A stretch of 63,016 nucleotides of DNA, counting the filler, from Salisapilia sapeloensis CBS 127946 (lineage: Eukaryota; Protista; Oomycota), in assembly GCA_023334545.1 (NCBI GenBank). It is 6 parts of 6 records of this genome, joined end to end, with 100 filler letters (N's around TTAATTAATTAA, not from the genome) between each part and the next. Parts side by side here need not be neighbours in the genome. Positions count along the whole stretch, not along the records: positions 1 to 22,428 come from JAADVB010000275.1; 5 more parts are not named here. One strand, written 5' to 3'. Position 1 is the first letter of the stretch, and each line of letters begins with the position of its first letter. Below are positions 1 to 10,979 of the stretch, piece by piece. A program made the position numbers and the translations under genes. The notes beneath the pieces are model-generated. The model worked only from the letters and a program-made list of their open reading frames with translations. It had not been told where the DNA came from and made no database searches.

Positions 1-1217
1 ACTGTCCTGCTCTTCGTTTGGTGACGATAGATTGGAAAAGTCTAGCACTCGAGTAGCTTGACAAGAAGTGCGATTGGAGAGGATTTTTGACTCTTTCTTC
101 CTACGATTCTCTTTCCAAACACCTGCAATGCTGAGCTCGTCGTCGATATCAAGCGACAAGTTCAAACGCTCATCAATCCACTCTTCCCATTGTCCGAAGG
201 AAAGAGGACTCTCCGAGGGAGATATGTCAAGCACATCGACTGCACCTTGGTTATTCAAGCTCCCTTGTCTAGTAGACACCGTACTGCCGCCTTGACCGAT
301 CACGAGTGCTTTCGGATTTTGCAGGACCTTGTAGTTAAAGCTAAAGTACTTTCGGGCGGCATGCTGAGGTCGTTCGGTTTGATCTGTCGTCTCTGTCGGA
401 AGAGCTTGAAGCTTTAGGATGTTACAGCTTGCCAAGACGGAAATGACATCGTACACACGTCGATTCTGGTCAATATTGTTCTTACTCTTGGTTTTCATCG
501 CCTTCTTCCCTTTCAGATTGTGCAGACAGATACTCGCTTCTTGCAAGGAGATTTTATCGTCACTACAGCGCTGAAACAAGAGAGCCAACAAGTGCATCGT
601 GGCTCCGGACAGATACGGTAACTTTTGAGCTTCAACATCATTTCGAATAGCCTCATAGACATGAAACTCGATCACATCTGTACTTGGTTTCGACCGACCC
701 TCTTCCTCTACGCTCGCAATGGTTTCATCGACTTGCTTTTTAATCTTCGTAAGACGTTCGTGGATCCCGTTCCTTCCAAAATACAAGAACTGTCGATTCA
801 CTTGTCCGCCACCGTTTCCTCTTGGACGCTGCCGATGAATGACGCCAAGGCCTACATTATTCCACCTTATGCATCAATACCTCGATAAACACACGATCAT
901 ACTGGTCTCTCACCCTCCAGTACGTGCAGTACGTCATAAATGCGTCGTTTCCGAGGAACTGCACGTCAGACAAGTCAGTTGTTGCACCTGATACTATCTT
1001 ATATCCATGTCTACCGTGCACATTGTAGAGTGCTTTTGCATCAACCGGAACTGCACCATCCTCCATATCATTCTCTCGTTTTATCTCTATCTTATGCTTC
1101 TCAAAGTAGCACAACACAATCTGTGTACTACATCCATCCAACTTGAGCACTTGTCCAAGAATCGAATGAAGACAAAAGGATCGAAATATACATTTGCTGA
1201 AGGTTCGTCGCCGCCAT
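1..1217 (-). CDS. Atypical E2F (E2F7/8/DEL-like) transcription factor with two winged-helix DNA-binding domains; multi-exon, 3' end runs off the window
   Basis: Hand splicing of the minus strand gives ...HV|PRKRRIYDVLHVLEG|LGVIHR...FLYFGRNGIHERL (domain 1) and ...KISLQEASICL...KTKSKNNIDQNRRVYDVISVLASCNIL (domain 2), both with the E2F RRxYD motif. Frame is open from about 860 to base 1. The first exon (ATG 1217, MAATNLQQ) is less certain. Confidence 0.8.
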
Positions 1218-1677
1218 GAGTCTAGCTTGGATATCATTCCACGTCTTCAATGGAATCGCAAGCTTCACTTCTTTCTTCTTCCTTCTCCGCTTACGCTGTC
1301 CTAGTGACCCATAACTTTCTTGACACTTAAACGTTCGTTTCCGCGCTCGCTCCGGTCGCTTCCACTCGGGCGTTCGGGAAGCAACCTCCGACTTGCACGT
1401 ACGTGAACGAGTACAAGCCACCATGCTTACGGTCGGCAACGAAGGTTTCCAAATGCGCGCGAGAGAGATCTTTTTCGACCAAAAGTTGAAGTTGCCGTTG
1501 CCGTGTCATCGGCAACATGGAAACACAGGTGAGATGGGTACATAGGAGCAAAGGGAAACATCAATCTCTTTGGCAACGTTCATCACGTCAACAGCATGGC
1601 AATTTGTCAATTACAAGGAAGCTCAGGTAGGTGCTGAACGAAGAAAAGAGTCGTGCAAGGAATCATTTTCTTTCTTC

Positions 1678-2671
1678 TTACGCGAGCTGCAACGCGAGCG
1701 ACTCGATCGTCTCGAACTTGTTCGTCTGCGCTTTCCATTCAGCCGGGATACCTCCATCGTCAGACGTATCGGCTGCTGCCAAGCACGCGCCAATGACGAT
1801 AGACCGACTGCAGTTGTCTCCGCCAGCCAAAATGTTCGTCCGAACGCCTTCGACATAGTCCTTGGAGCTCAGGAGGATGTACAACATGCCCTGAAGCACG
1901 CCTGGGAGACCACAAGCTTTTCCGTACGTCGCCACGGCCTTGGACGCGTCCGGGTACGTCTTCTCCTCTACGTCTCGGATCACTCCTTCCACCAGCGTCC
2001 TACATCTCAGTCTTAGACTTGGTCTTGCTATACATATGAAGGGAAATATACTTGGTGTCAGACGTCAGATGCGAGTCGGATGCCAGCGTCTTGATAGCGT
2101 CGACCACGGGACGGCCGATCACCACTTGCTGGAGCAGGAGAGCGACCGCCACGGCCGCGTCTTCTGCCTCCTGTCCTTCCTGGTGCACGCGCGTGGCCTC
2201 CCTTGTCTTGGCCACCAACTGCTCCGTATCACCAAAGTACTTAGCCACCAGCATAGGCGTCTTGATCGCTCCATGCGCGTCTTGGCTCGGACTCGACAAG
2301 TGCGGATACTTGTGTCCGGCGTCTCCCTTCTCGACCAAGTTCTTAAAGACCTTATTTAGACGACCAGAGTAGCTCTTGGCTGCCTCGTAGCTCACGTCGC
2401 CGAACTCAGTTGGGTCAAAGTCTCCTCGAGACGCCACATGCCGTAGCAACGGAAGCACCTCGTCTCCATACGGGCTCAATTCACCTCGCTCGTACGTGTA
2501 GAAAGGAGCACTCGGTGTGTCATAGAACTCTGGATCCGGTTTCGTACCGACTAGAGAATCCATCTTGGCCTGGTCATAGATCCAATGCAAAGGCATCGTC
2601 GCGGCATCAGCGACAAAGCCACCAAGAACACCTGAGATCGCACGTTTATTAGGACTACGACTAGCTGCCAT
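1678..2671 (-). CDS. ADP-ribosylglycohydrolase family protein, J1-crystallin/SelJ-like; 2 exons (intron 2000-2051)
   Basis: GGFVADAATMPLHWIYD N-terminal motif, SPYGDE, and C-terminal NILAGGDNCSRSIVIGACLAA ... GGIPAEW. GT...AG intron joins ORFs 2000..2779 and 1678..1992 in frame. Confidence 0.85.
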
Positions 2672-2917
2672 GTTCTTTTCCGTCGTAATGACTAGACTAG
2701 TTTTTGGAGATGCTTGATAAACAAGGAACACTGGTGTGAAAATAAGAACTACTGCAGAGACAGCAAAGAGTCGCCACAAGAGACTTGGAGGCGAAGAAAG
2801 CGTAAGGATGGTGATGATGTCTTCTCGATCCGAAAATTCGTGTCTTCAAGTTGTCTCATTAGGATAGGACCATTTATGACGCTATTTTTCATTGACCAGA
2901 AGACCAGCAATTTCAAA

Positions 2918-3805
2918 ATGGACACGACGAATGTACTAAAGAAGCGCAAGACAGAGCGCAAAGCACGTTCTCGAAAGACTGAACTTTGTAAACACTTTGA
3001 CAAACCTGGTGGATGTCCGTATACGGATTGTAAATTTGCACATGGGACGGATGAATTGCAGGAGGGAGGGAGTGCGACGATAGCTGCGCAACGAGAGTTA
3101 ATACGACAGCAAGTTGTGAGTCGGAAGGAAGAAAAGTTTACGGAGAATAAGTCGCATGGAAGAGCTGGAGTAATCGAGAGATATTATACGCAGCTCTTTT
3201 CCTGTGATACGATGGATCAAACAGGGGAAGACCAGTACGTCCACATGCACTCCAATCGTTTATGCGTGGTACGATCTTCTTCTCTATCCTCTTCCTTACT
3301 TTATAGATTGACAGGACATGACAGGTCGGTGTCGCTCCGACGCACAAGTTGTTCCAATCGAGTATAGAAAAGGTAGTCTTCACAGACGCCATCCTCGAGA
3401 GCAACGTATCTGGGAAGAAGAAGAAGGGAGGCGTGTTTCTAAACGCACACTCGATCCTCGGACATGTCTACACTTGTGATGGGAAGTCCTATATCCTACG
3501 AAGGTACATAAACCATACTAGAGACACATGAAGACTCGATTGTTCAATCCAAATGTAGCTGCATACGAGGGAGACTGCTGGAAGTGAATAAACGCTTGAT
3601 GCAGGACCCAACGTTGCTAGAGAACAAGCCTGAAACCGACGGCTACTTGGTCATTGTCCAGCCAAAGCATACGGAAGTCATGCAGATCCAAGCGTCGCTA
3701 CTGTCGCATGCTGAGTACAAGCAGTTCCGAGCGTTTTCTCCAGTCCCAACTGATGATACGTCGACGCCAGTAGAAGCAGCAGAGGTTGTCCATGATAGGA
3801 TGTAG
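2918..3805 (+). CDS. CCCH zinc finger fused to an Abitram/FAM206A (Simiate; GCV-H-like) domain; 3 exons
   Basis: KTELCKHFDKPGGCPYTDCKFAHG (CCCH), then EDQYVHMHSNRLCVV|GVAPTH...VSGKKKKGG...|SCIRGRLLEVNKRL...PETDGYLVIV, which follows the FAM206A motif order. Confidence 0.8.
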
Positions 3806-3861
3806 GCTAGGATAGGTACGACGATCGTGGCTCTTTATTACATACTTTTGTCTGCCCCCAA

Positions 3862-5031
3862 TTACGACTTGGCATCCTTCTTCCCACTTTTCGAGCGTCC
3901 GTCCTGAATGGCAATGTCCAGGACGGATCGAAAGAAGGCACTTCGTTTCGTCTTGCTAAAAGAAAACTCGTCCTAGTATATGATAAACGCGTTAGGGCAT
4001 GACAGGAAGATGAGCTACTAGAGAAGCGTACTCGAAGGTATGATGGCAGCTTGGACGTCATCGACGGCTGGTCACTCGGGTAGTAGTCAATGTCATCGGC
4101 CTCATTGTCTGGTATGCCCAGATCGAATTGCACTCGATTACCAGATGCAGCATCCACTGTCGTGCAGCTAATGTCTGTATATCCGTCTGTACTATCATCA
4201 GCGTCCTCTCCACTAGCCTCTACGAGCTTTATGTCGGTGTTCGTGACGAAACGGTAGAGATCTAGGAGCTAGACAACGATGATAAACGATGCTTTTGATA
4301 GAGACAAGAGTGCAGATAGGTACCTTTTGTAGCTTAGGAAGCTCTGGGCCAGTCGAACTCGTGCTCGGACGTTGTTGTGCTTGCTGTAGCGAAGTCTTGA
4401 GTGCTGTCACTTGTTTCTGGAGGGACGAGATGGTTTTCTCTAGTGACTTTCTCTCCTCTGATGCTGTCTTTCTAGCGCTCTGTAGCATCGATTCAGCTTT
4501 CTTTGCTCTGTCTTCGTATGCATTGGCAGATTGCTTCGATCCATTCGTCGAGGACGCATTGGATAGTTTGGATGGCAATGACACGGTCGATTGTGGCCTA
4601 GACGGAGCTTTAGGTGGTAAGTCGTAATCTTTTGTTCCGTTCGTAGCAACCGATCGCTTCTTTGAGGCAGATGAAGCGTTGGTACTGGACGCAGACTTTT
4701 TCGTTTGTGCGGAGTTAGACGCCGATTTCGCCTTTGGAGGTCGTCCTCTCTTGGCTGCCTTTGGCTTAGGTGCCGGTGTCTCCCGATTTGATGCATCGGA
4801 CGAGTCTGAACTATACGACTTTGAGCCAGCAGAAGTAGGTGCTTTCGATGCACTGGCCACGGATTTTTTTGTCGATGACGAAGCAGAAGCTAGTTTAGCC
4901 TTTGGGGGACGAGATGACCCTTTCTTCATTGCCTTGGGCGGAGGTGCTGGAGGATCATAATCGGACGCGTCCGAAGAGTCTGAACTATACGTCGGTGCCT
5001 TCCGCTTGCCTCCTCGTGCACTCGTGCTCAT
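3862..5031 (-). CDS. Csm1/Pcs1/Titan9-like (monopolin-type RWD) protein with a low-complexity AT-hook N-terminus and coiled coil; 3 exons
   Basis: Coiled coil (EERKSLEKTISSLQKQVTALKTSLQ), then spliced LLDLYRFVTNTDIK...ISCTTVD...VQFDL...IDYYP...KLPSYLR|DEFSFSKTKRSAFFRSVL, resembling the Csm1 C-terminal LP-x-YL...F pattern. Two GT-AG introns; stop at 3862-3864. Confidence 0.6.
4660..4990 (-). repeat. Two imperfect tandem coding repeats with a 174-nt (58-aa) period
   Basis: GAGTCTGAACTATACG occurs at 4802 and 4976. Protein copies are YSSDSSDAS...PKAMKKGSSRPPKAK...TKKS and YSSDSSDAS...PKAAKRGRPPKAK...TKKS. Confidence 0.8.
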
Positions 5032-5348
5032 CCTCTTTTCCCGCTTTTTGTTTCAAAATCGGCACGAAAGCGTTTAAATTAGGATCGATACTCAACTCCA
5101 GTCATTTTGCAGCTACTCGAGTCATGAGCTCTAGATATATTTTCATCTTGATAGCCTCCTCCTAAGTGTCAATTATACGGCAAACCCTGGGTCTTGTTAC
5201 GAGAAATGGCCGTTAGCATGACAAGTATGTGTGGTAGACGATCGCTCATATGCAAAGTCTGTACATTGATTTATTCATGCATTTCTATTTCTTGTTCAGA
5301 GAATGTAAAAAAGGTTAAAAGTTGATACGTTAAGCTTGTGTACGAAAG

Positions 5349-8300
5349 TCACGCCATGACAGATCCTCGTTTCATCACCAATTGTGCCTCAGCTTCATTT
5401 GTACGAGCGTCTGTCGCGAAGGCAAACCCTTGGTAACTGTGACGAGATTCGCTATTAGTACTAGCAACTTGCTCATCATCTCGACGACCAGGTGCAATCG
5501 AGGCTATCCGACTATTCCTCTTTTTGTTCACTTTGACAGGTATCTCCACGGCTGCGTCACTCGTGTCTTCATATACCAGTTTATTCCGGTCTAGTTGAAA
5601 TTTAACCACTTCCTTCGTGATTTGCCAGTACTCCGGGTACAACATGGTCTTCAAACTACATCGAGCGAACGTCGGAAGAAGGCTAATGACCGTAACTAGT
5701 AATCCAAGTAGCCAAAACACTCTCGACGTCATCGTCATACCCATCACGTGTTCCCAGCTCAAACCGGACAGCAGAGTGATTTGCTCCGAGACAAGGCCGA
5801 CGACAACCCAAGACACGAAGGATGCAATGTATAGAACGTAGTTGATCGCTAAAAAGCTATTTTGGAACAGCGCGAGTTTCAGATTCGCGACGATCACGAT
5901 GAGCGTAAAAATGACATTTCCATAGAGCCACATCGATGTGGTTGCACCGCCAACGTCGTCATATTCCATGCCGATGAAAGTGACAAGAGCGATAAGGATA
6001 GACTCTACCACAGCTTCAAGAACCCATAGCGTGAAGATCTTGGCATTCAAGTCTCGGTCTCGAGGACCAGAGTAGTAAAGCTTTGGGAATTGTAACACCA
6101 CATCGGCGTCTACATCCTGATCTAAGATGGACAATGCAACGACTGGAACCGCTGTGAACCAGATATTATAAAGCTGGACGCCAGCTTCGAGGAAAAACTT
6201 TTGGCCAGTGAATTCGCAATAAAAGGCATACCAGTATTGCGCTGCGGTGAAGAGGATATTCTTGTAGAATATATACAACACGAGTTGGGCTGTCCGGCGG
6301 TAGTTCCATCGACCATGCACCAATAGTAACCGTTTGAGATATCGAAAGCGGGCAATTGCGTAATCGCTCGAGTTCACGGCTTGCATTCCTTCCTGTCCTG
6401 AGATGCCTACACCAATGTGCGCTTCCTGGATCATCGATACGTCATTCGCACCATCACCAATTGATAACGTTCGAGCGGTTGGGACATACTCCTTAATAAG
6501 AGCTGCCATTTGAGCTTTCTGCGCTGGAGAAACTCGGCATGCAATGACGGCTTTACAGTACTGAGAGAATTCAGCTAGACGTGGCCGGCATGCGCCACTA
6601 AGAGCATGATACAAAGTCTCTCCATCAATCACTAAAGCGAGACCTTTTAGCCCGCCACGCGTGGATGTCGGAGCTGACAAATATGCATCCACAGCTAAAG
6701 CTCTCAATTCAATATTTTCCTTGAGTAACTTGCGGACTCGCTCTGCATTAGGTGCGTTGTGTGCATTAATAGTTACTATCTCCATATCGTTTGTTAGAAG
6801 CTGGCATGCAAAGCCAATGTTGATCGCAGTTTCCTCCTTGTCTCCCGTAAGGACCCACACTCGAATACCAGCTTCAGACAGATTGGCAATGGTGTCCGGT
6901 ACGCCTTCTTGCAGCTTGTCTTCGATGGCCGTTGCTCCTAGAAGTTCAAGTCCAGTCTCTATTTCATCCATACACGAGTCAATGGCATTCGTTTCCTCCC
7001 GCTTGCGCTTATTAATCTCATCCAAGTTATTCTGAGCAGCATGGAAGCGTCTGGCCCAGTCAATGTAGTAGGCTGGATCGAGGTCTCGCTTGGCAATCGT
7101 CAGGGTTCGCAATCCGTCTTCAGCATATTGATTGACGTGGTTGTATGTTGCCTCCTTCATGCCTTCACGTGGAGATGATGGCGAAGTACCAATCTGCAGC
7201 CGATCCAACACGATCACGTCTGCTCCTTTCGTATAGAGTACAATGCTTCCATCCGGATGTCGAACGACTGTCGACATTCTCTTCCGTGCGCTTGTGAATT
7301 CAAGTACGTCCATGACTTCAAAGTCATGAATCTTTCCATTCATTTCCACTTGAGCAACTCCAGGACATCGGTTAATAAACGAGTACCCAAAGTACGCTGC
7401 TCCAGCGACAAGAGCTTGCTCGTCAGGAGAAGAAGCGGATAATGTAACTTCGCTTGAACCTTCGTGATGTTCTGGAATCACAGTGTGACATACAGCTAGA
7501 TGCGTGAAGAAAGCAGCGATACGAGCCTTTTGCTCATCTCCTGACTTACCGTTCATATCTTCTGTCATCCTTGGGTCCTCAAAGTTCACATACGGAACGA
7601 CCGGGTTAGCGGTGCTACTTCGTGAAGGCTCAGGAAGTGGTTTGCCAGCACGTCGCAAAGCTGCCAAGCCGATCTCTGTCGTTCCTTTTCCGTACGAAAT
7701 TCCTCCTATCGAGCACTTGCGAAACTCCATGACGTTGCACGTAAGCGTACCAGTTTTATCGGAAAAAATATAAGATATTTGCCCCAGCTCTTCATTAAGC
7801 GACATGGATCGAACGAGTGCCGGTGTATCGGTTTCTTCATGATAAATATTAATATCCCATTGAATGAACATAGCTTGGAGATACTTGACCATGCTCACAG
7901 AGACACAGAGTGAGATTGGAACGAACTGATACATGAGCAGCAAGTAGTAGAAAAACATGATGACCCAGTCAACACCGATCGAGTTGCTCGAGGTTTCCAG
8001 CTGGAGATACCACGGTAACTTGTCGATAAGTGTCGAAAGAACAGTACCAGTCGATCCAATGGCGCTAAAAACGATGAGCATCACCAGCAGCTTGACGATG
8101 TACTGGTTAATCGCCTGATCCATTGTACTCATTTTCGACGGTGGTGCGGAATTACTCATCATGATTTTAGTATCTTTGCCGGTGTTAATCACCATACCAT
8201 GAATCCAATCCGTACTACGAACTGTACAACCGCGTAGTAAAATGCTTTCGTATGGTATTGATTGCTTTCCTTTCCCATCCAGTTCCAATACGCCTTGGAA

Positions 8301-8957
8301 ACTGTTAATCGCATTATTCGGGTGTTCACAGCGAATGCATCCACTCATTCCGAGCAAGTTATCACTCGTACCCATGTCAGCTAGAGTGCACTCCATAGCT
8401 GACCGGACTTTGAGATTCGTTTCGCCGTCTAGTGACTTTGTCTCCACATAGCATACGCCTGCGGGTGGCGCATCAGGCACTTCACTTACAGCCAGCAATA
8501 GAAGGTCTGCTGGTACAGAATCTCGATTACATAGCTTTACAATGTCACCGACAGCGACATCAGCCCACCTTTTGTTTTGGAAGTCATGTGACTGTCGATT
8601 CAAAACACTTGTAAGGCGATAGTTGGCGATGTTATCAGCAATGTGCCGCTTATGGTCTTCAAGAATTGCAAGGACAGCGTCGACGGCAATGATAAAGGCG
8701 AGAGCTGGTAGCGTAGATGGCTGGCCGCTAGTGTTACTGATTTGCGGAATGCATTGTAATATGCAGACAACAAGAAAATAAAAATTGGCGAGTTTCCGAA
8801 AGCTTTCAAAGAGGAACTTGGGTAGAAATGATAGCAATGTGTACTTGGACGTAACGACGAAGTTGTCACAGAAACCGTGTTCGGCCGCCTCGACCGATGC
8901 GCCAAAACGAATGACGCGATACTCGTCCTTTGCAGCATTCACAGAACTTTTGCTCAT
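5349..8957 (-). CDS. P4-type ATPase (phospholipid flippase), 1202 aa, intronless
   Basis: DKTGTLT phosphorylation motif, LDGETNLK, PISL, SPDEQAL, VLTGDKEETAINIG, IGDGANDVSMIQEAHIGVGISGQEG, HGRWNY. Confidence 0.97.
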   Translation of the reverse strand: MSKSSVNAAKDEYRVIRFGASVEAAEHGFCDNFVVTSKYTLLSFLPKFLFESFRKLANFYFLVVCILQCIPQISNTSGQPSTLPALAFIIAVDAVLAILEDHKRHIADNIANYRLTSVLNRQSHDFQNKRWADVAVGDIVKLCNRDSVPADLLLLAVSEVPDAPPAGVCYVETKSLDGETNLKVRSAMECTLADMGTSDNLLGMSGCIRCEHPNNAINSFQGVLELDGKGKQSIPYESILLRGCTVRSTDWIHGMVINTGKDTKIMMSNSAPPSKMSTMDQAINQYIVKLLVMLIVFSAIGSTGTVLSTLIDKLPWYLQLETSSNSIGVDWVIMFFYYLLLMYQFVPISLCVSVSMVKYLQAMFIQWDINIYHEETDTPALVRSMSLNEELGQISYIFSDKTGTLTCNVMEFRKCSIGGISYGKGTTEIGLAALRRAGKPLPEPSRSSTANPVVPYVNFEDPRMTEDMNGKSGDEQKARIAAFFTHLAVCHTVIPEHHEGSSEVTLSASSPDEQALVAGAAYFGYSFINRCPGVAQVEMNGKIHDFEVMDVLEFTSARKRMSTVVRHPDGSIVLYTKGADVIVLDRLQIGTSPSSPREGMKEATYNHVNQYAEDGLRTLTIAKRDLDPAYYIDWARRFHAAQNNLDEINKRKREETNAIDSCMDEIETGLELLGATAIEDKLQEGVPDTIANLSEAGIRVWVLTGDKEETAINIGFACQLLTNDMEIVTINAHNAPNAERVRKLLKENIELRALAVDAYLSAPTSTRGGLKGLALVIDGETLYHALSGACRPRLAEFSQYCKAVIACRVSPAQKAQMAALIKEYVPTARTLSIGDGANDVSMIQEAHIGVGISGQEGMQAVNSSDYAIARFRYLKRLLLVHGRWNYRRTAQLVLYIFYKNILFTAAQYWYAFYCEFTGQKFFLEAGVQLYNIWFTAVPVVALSILDQDVDADVVLQFPKLYYSGPRDRDLNAKIFTLWVLEAVVESILIALVTFIGMEYDDVGGATTSMWLYGNVIFTLIVIVANLKLALFQNSFLAINYVLYIASFVSWVVVGLVSEQITLLSGLSWEHVMGMTMTSRVFWLLGLLVTVISLLPTFARCSLKTMLYPEYWQITKEVVKFQLDRNKLVYEDTSDAAVEIPVKVNKKRNSRIASIAPGRRDDEQVASTNSESRHSYQGFAFATDARTNEAEAQLVMKRGSVMA

Positions 8958-9452
8958 GCTTGACTGACAAATTTAACGATATACCGCTAACACATCCAGC
9001 GGGACTCGGACTCGCACAGTTTTCTGAATGCAGACGCTAAGCTCTGGTCGTTACATCCATTTCGTTCGATCTATTTTAAGCAATAAAATTGAAATGTCGA
9101 AGTAGTTTCAACTACGGCACATGCAAAACCAGCTCTAGATATACTGTGCAAAGCATTCCGCCTGTTCACACCAATAAACTGCATGAATAAATAGTCTGGT
9201 CAAGACTCATTTCTATGAGTAAATTGATAATTCTTTCTTAAGTGAAGTATTTAAAACATTGCTACTAATAAATTTATTTGGAAACTTGGATTTCATGGAC
9301 CGACGAATGGGTGCATACTTGGTCAAACGTATCGGACATGGAGATTCGAGCGATTTGGATAAGTGGTAGTGCTAGTTCATTGAAATCATCTCTTTGGTAG
9401 CTATAACTGGAGGACGAGTACTAGTCGTGTATATCTTTTATTGACATTGTTA

Positions 9453-10828
9453 TCAAAACCATCCTCTCATGAGACCTTCGACTCGGCGAAGCCGAAGGTC
9501 GAGCGGACGTTTACCCGACGTAAGCATGCGCATGGTACTATCTGGCGTCAGATTCGACTCTCCGTTGACACGAAGCACTTGCGATCCAACGAGCAATCCT
9601 TTCTTTTGAGCCACACTCTCTACATGCAAGAATGAGGTTCCACGTACGATGCTGAATACCTCGATCTGTCAGCTTACCTTTTTCAACACCATCGACGAAG
9701 CATCCGGATGGTACTGCCTTGAACCAACAGCCGAGGACCTTTTCATGGAATGTGATGCTGTACTCGATCGCCGTAGGTTCTGGTACGGACGTGATGGTGC
9801 CTGCTATACCAGGCTGTGTACATGGTTGCTGAAAGGCAAAAGCGAACGCAATCGGTCTCGGAGCATCTTTGATCCGACTCACAATATCATTGAAATCGGT
9901 CGTTTCGACATCATTCACCGCTACCACAAAACTACCAACGACTACGCCAGCGTCATGCGCCTGGCCACCGTCTCGAATGGCTGTCACTTCAGCCAGACCG
10001 TCATCCGTCTTTGTTAGACTGAGGCCTAACGACCCGTTATTCCTCCCTAAAAGACATTCTCGACGACACCACATGAGTGCTTCATCCGTCTCCACGGTGC
10101 AACTCGATGAATGGGAGTTGAGTGTTTCAATCGGTATCAAGCATCCACAAGTCGTGCATTTCGCCTTCACTTCGTCATCCATCATCTCAGGTGATGAGGA
10201 GCTCGTGTCAGACTCTTTGACTGAGACCTCACCTGTCGTTCTTGATGTGGAAACCTGACCTTTTACCTCTGGTGCACGACGAGGATAGACGTAGGTAGAC
10301 GACATATCGGCTAGAAACTTTTGAGCAGTGACGGCGTACTCTGCATCATCCGTCGACGTCGCAGCTTGGATGATTCTATAGTATGCACTACTTAGTCGTT
10401 GACTATTCAATGGCTACTGATGGTGGTACCTCTTGCGATATACACTGGCAACGTGTGACTTGTATTTTCCATCCGTTGCAAGGTCCAGCATCGATGTCCC
10501 GGTGCAGACTGCTAGCCACTTGGCATTCCCTCCGACCAGTAGACACCGTCGTTCCACCTCGGTCCAAGCATCCATCGATAGCGACTTGACAAAGCTCACA
10601 TTCACACCTAAAGACCGATGCAACCCAGCACACTTGAGACACAAGAGTACACCGAAAGAGACAGCAGCCCACTCCGGCATAAGTCGCTGACAATCACAAC
10701 ATCGCTACACGATTTCCATCTTTATTCACTTTGCAATCTTTTGAACAATAAAAAGAGAATCCTACATCATTGCCAGGGAGTCTCTGTATCTCCATGACGT
10801 CCATGCAAGTCAAATGGAAGGCAGCCAT
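9453..10828 (-). CDS. ArfGAP-domain protein with a small C2HC-like zinc motif and two PDZ domains; 4 exons
   Basis: Spliced LPGND|RCCDCQRLMPEWAAVSFGVLLCLKCAGLHRSLGVNVSFVKS (ArfGAP), CTTCGCLIPIETLNSHSSSC, SLGLSL...GQAHDAGVVVGSFVVAVN (PDZ1), VLGCWF...EKE|SVAQKKGLLVGSQVLRVNG (PDZ2). Stop at 9453-9455. Confidence 0.8.
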
Positions 10829-10950
10829 GCTCTGCTCTAGAGAGCTGCCGACTCTCGTCAGACTGTCCAAATGACCACGTATTATCAGATAGCTGGTCTT
10901 TTCACTTGGTTTTTGTATGCCATCCGGACTGGTTGGCGGAGGAAAGAGTA

Positions 10951-10966
10951 GCCATTTCGCAATTTC
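10951..10966 (+). promoter_or_regulatory. Oomycete INR+FPR core promoter of the importin-5 gene
   Basis: GCCATTTCGCAATTTC, 13 nt upstream of ATG 10980, closely matches the oomycete initiator plus flanking promoter region consensus (about YCAYTYY-N-CAWTTT). Confidence 0.7.
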
Positions 10967-10979
10967 ACCAGACCTCCCG

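Noticed and set aside
1338-1346. TTTCCGCGC upstream of the E2F-like gene as an autoregulatory E2F site
   Set aside because: It does not match the TTTSSCGC consensus exactly, and a single short GC-rich word is expected by chance.
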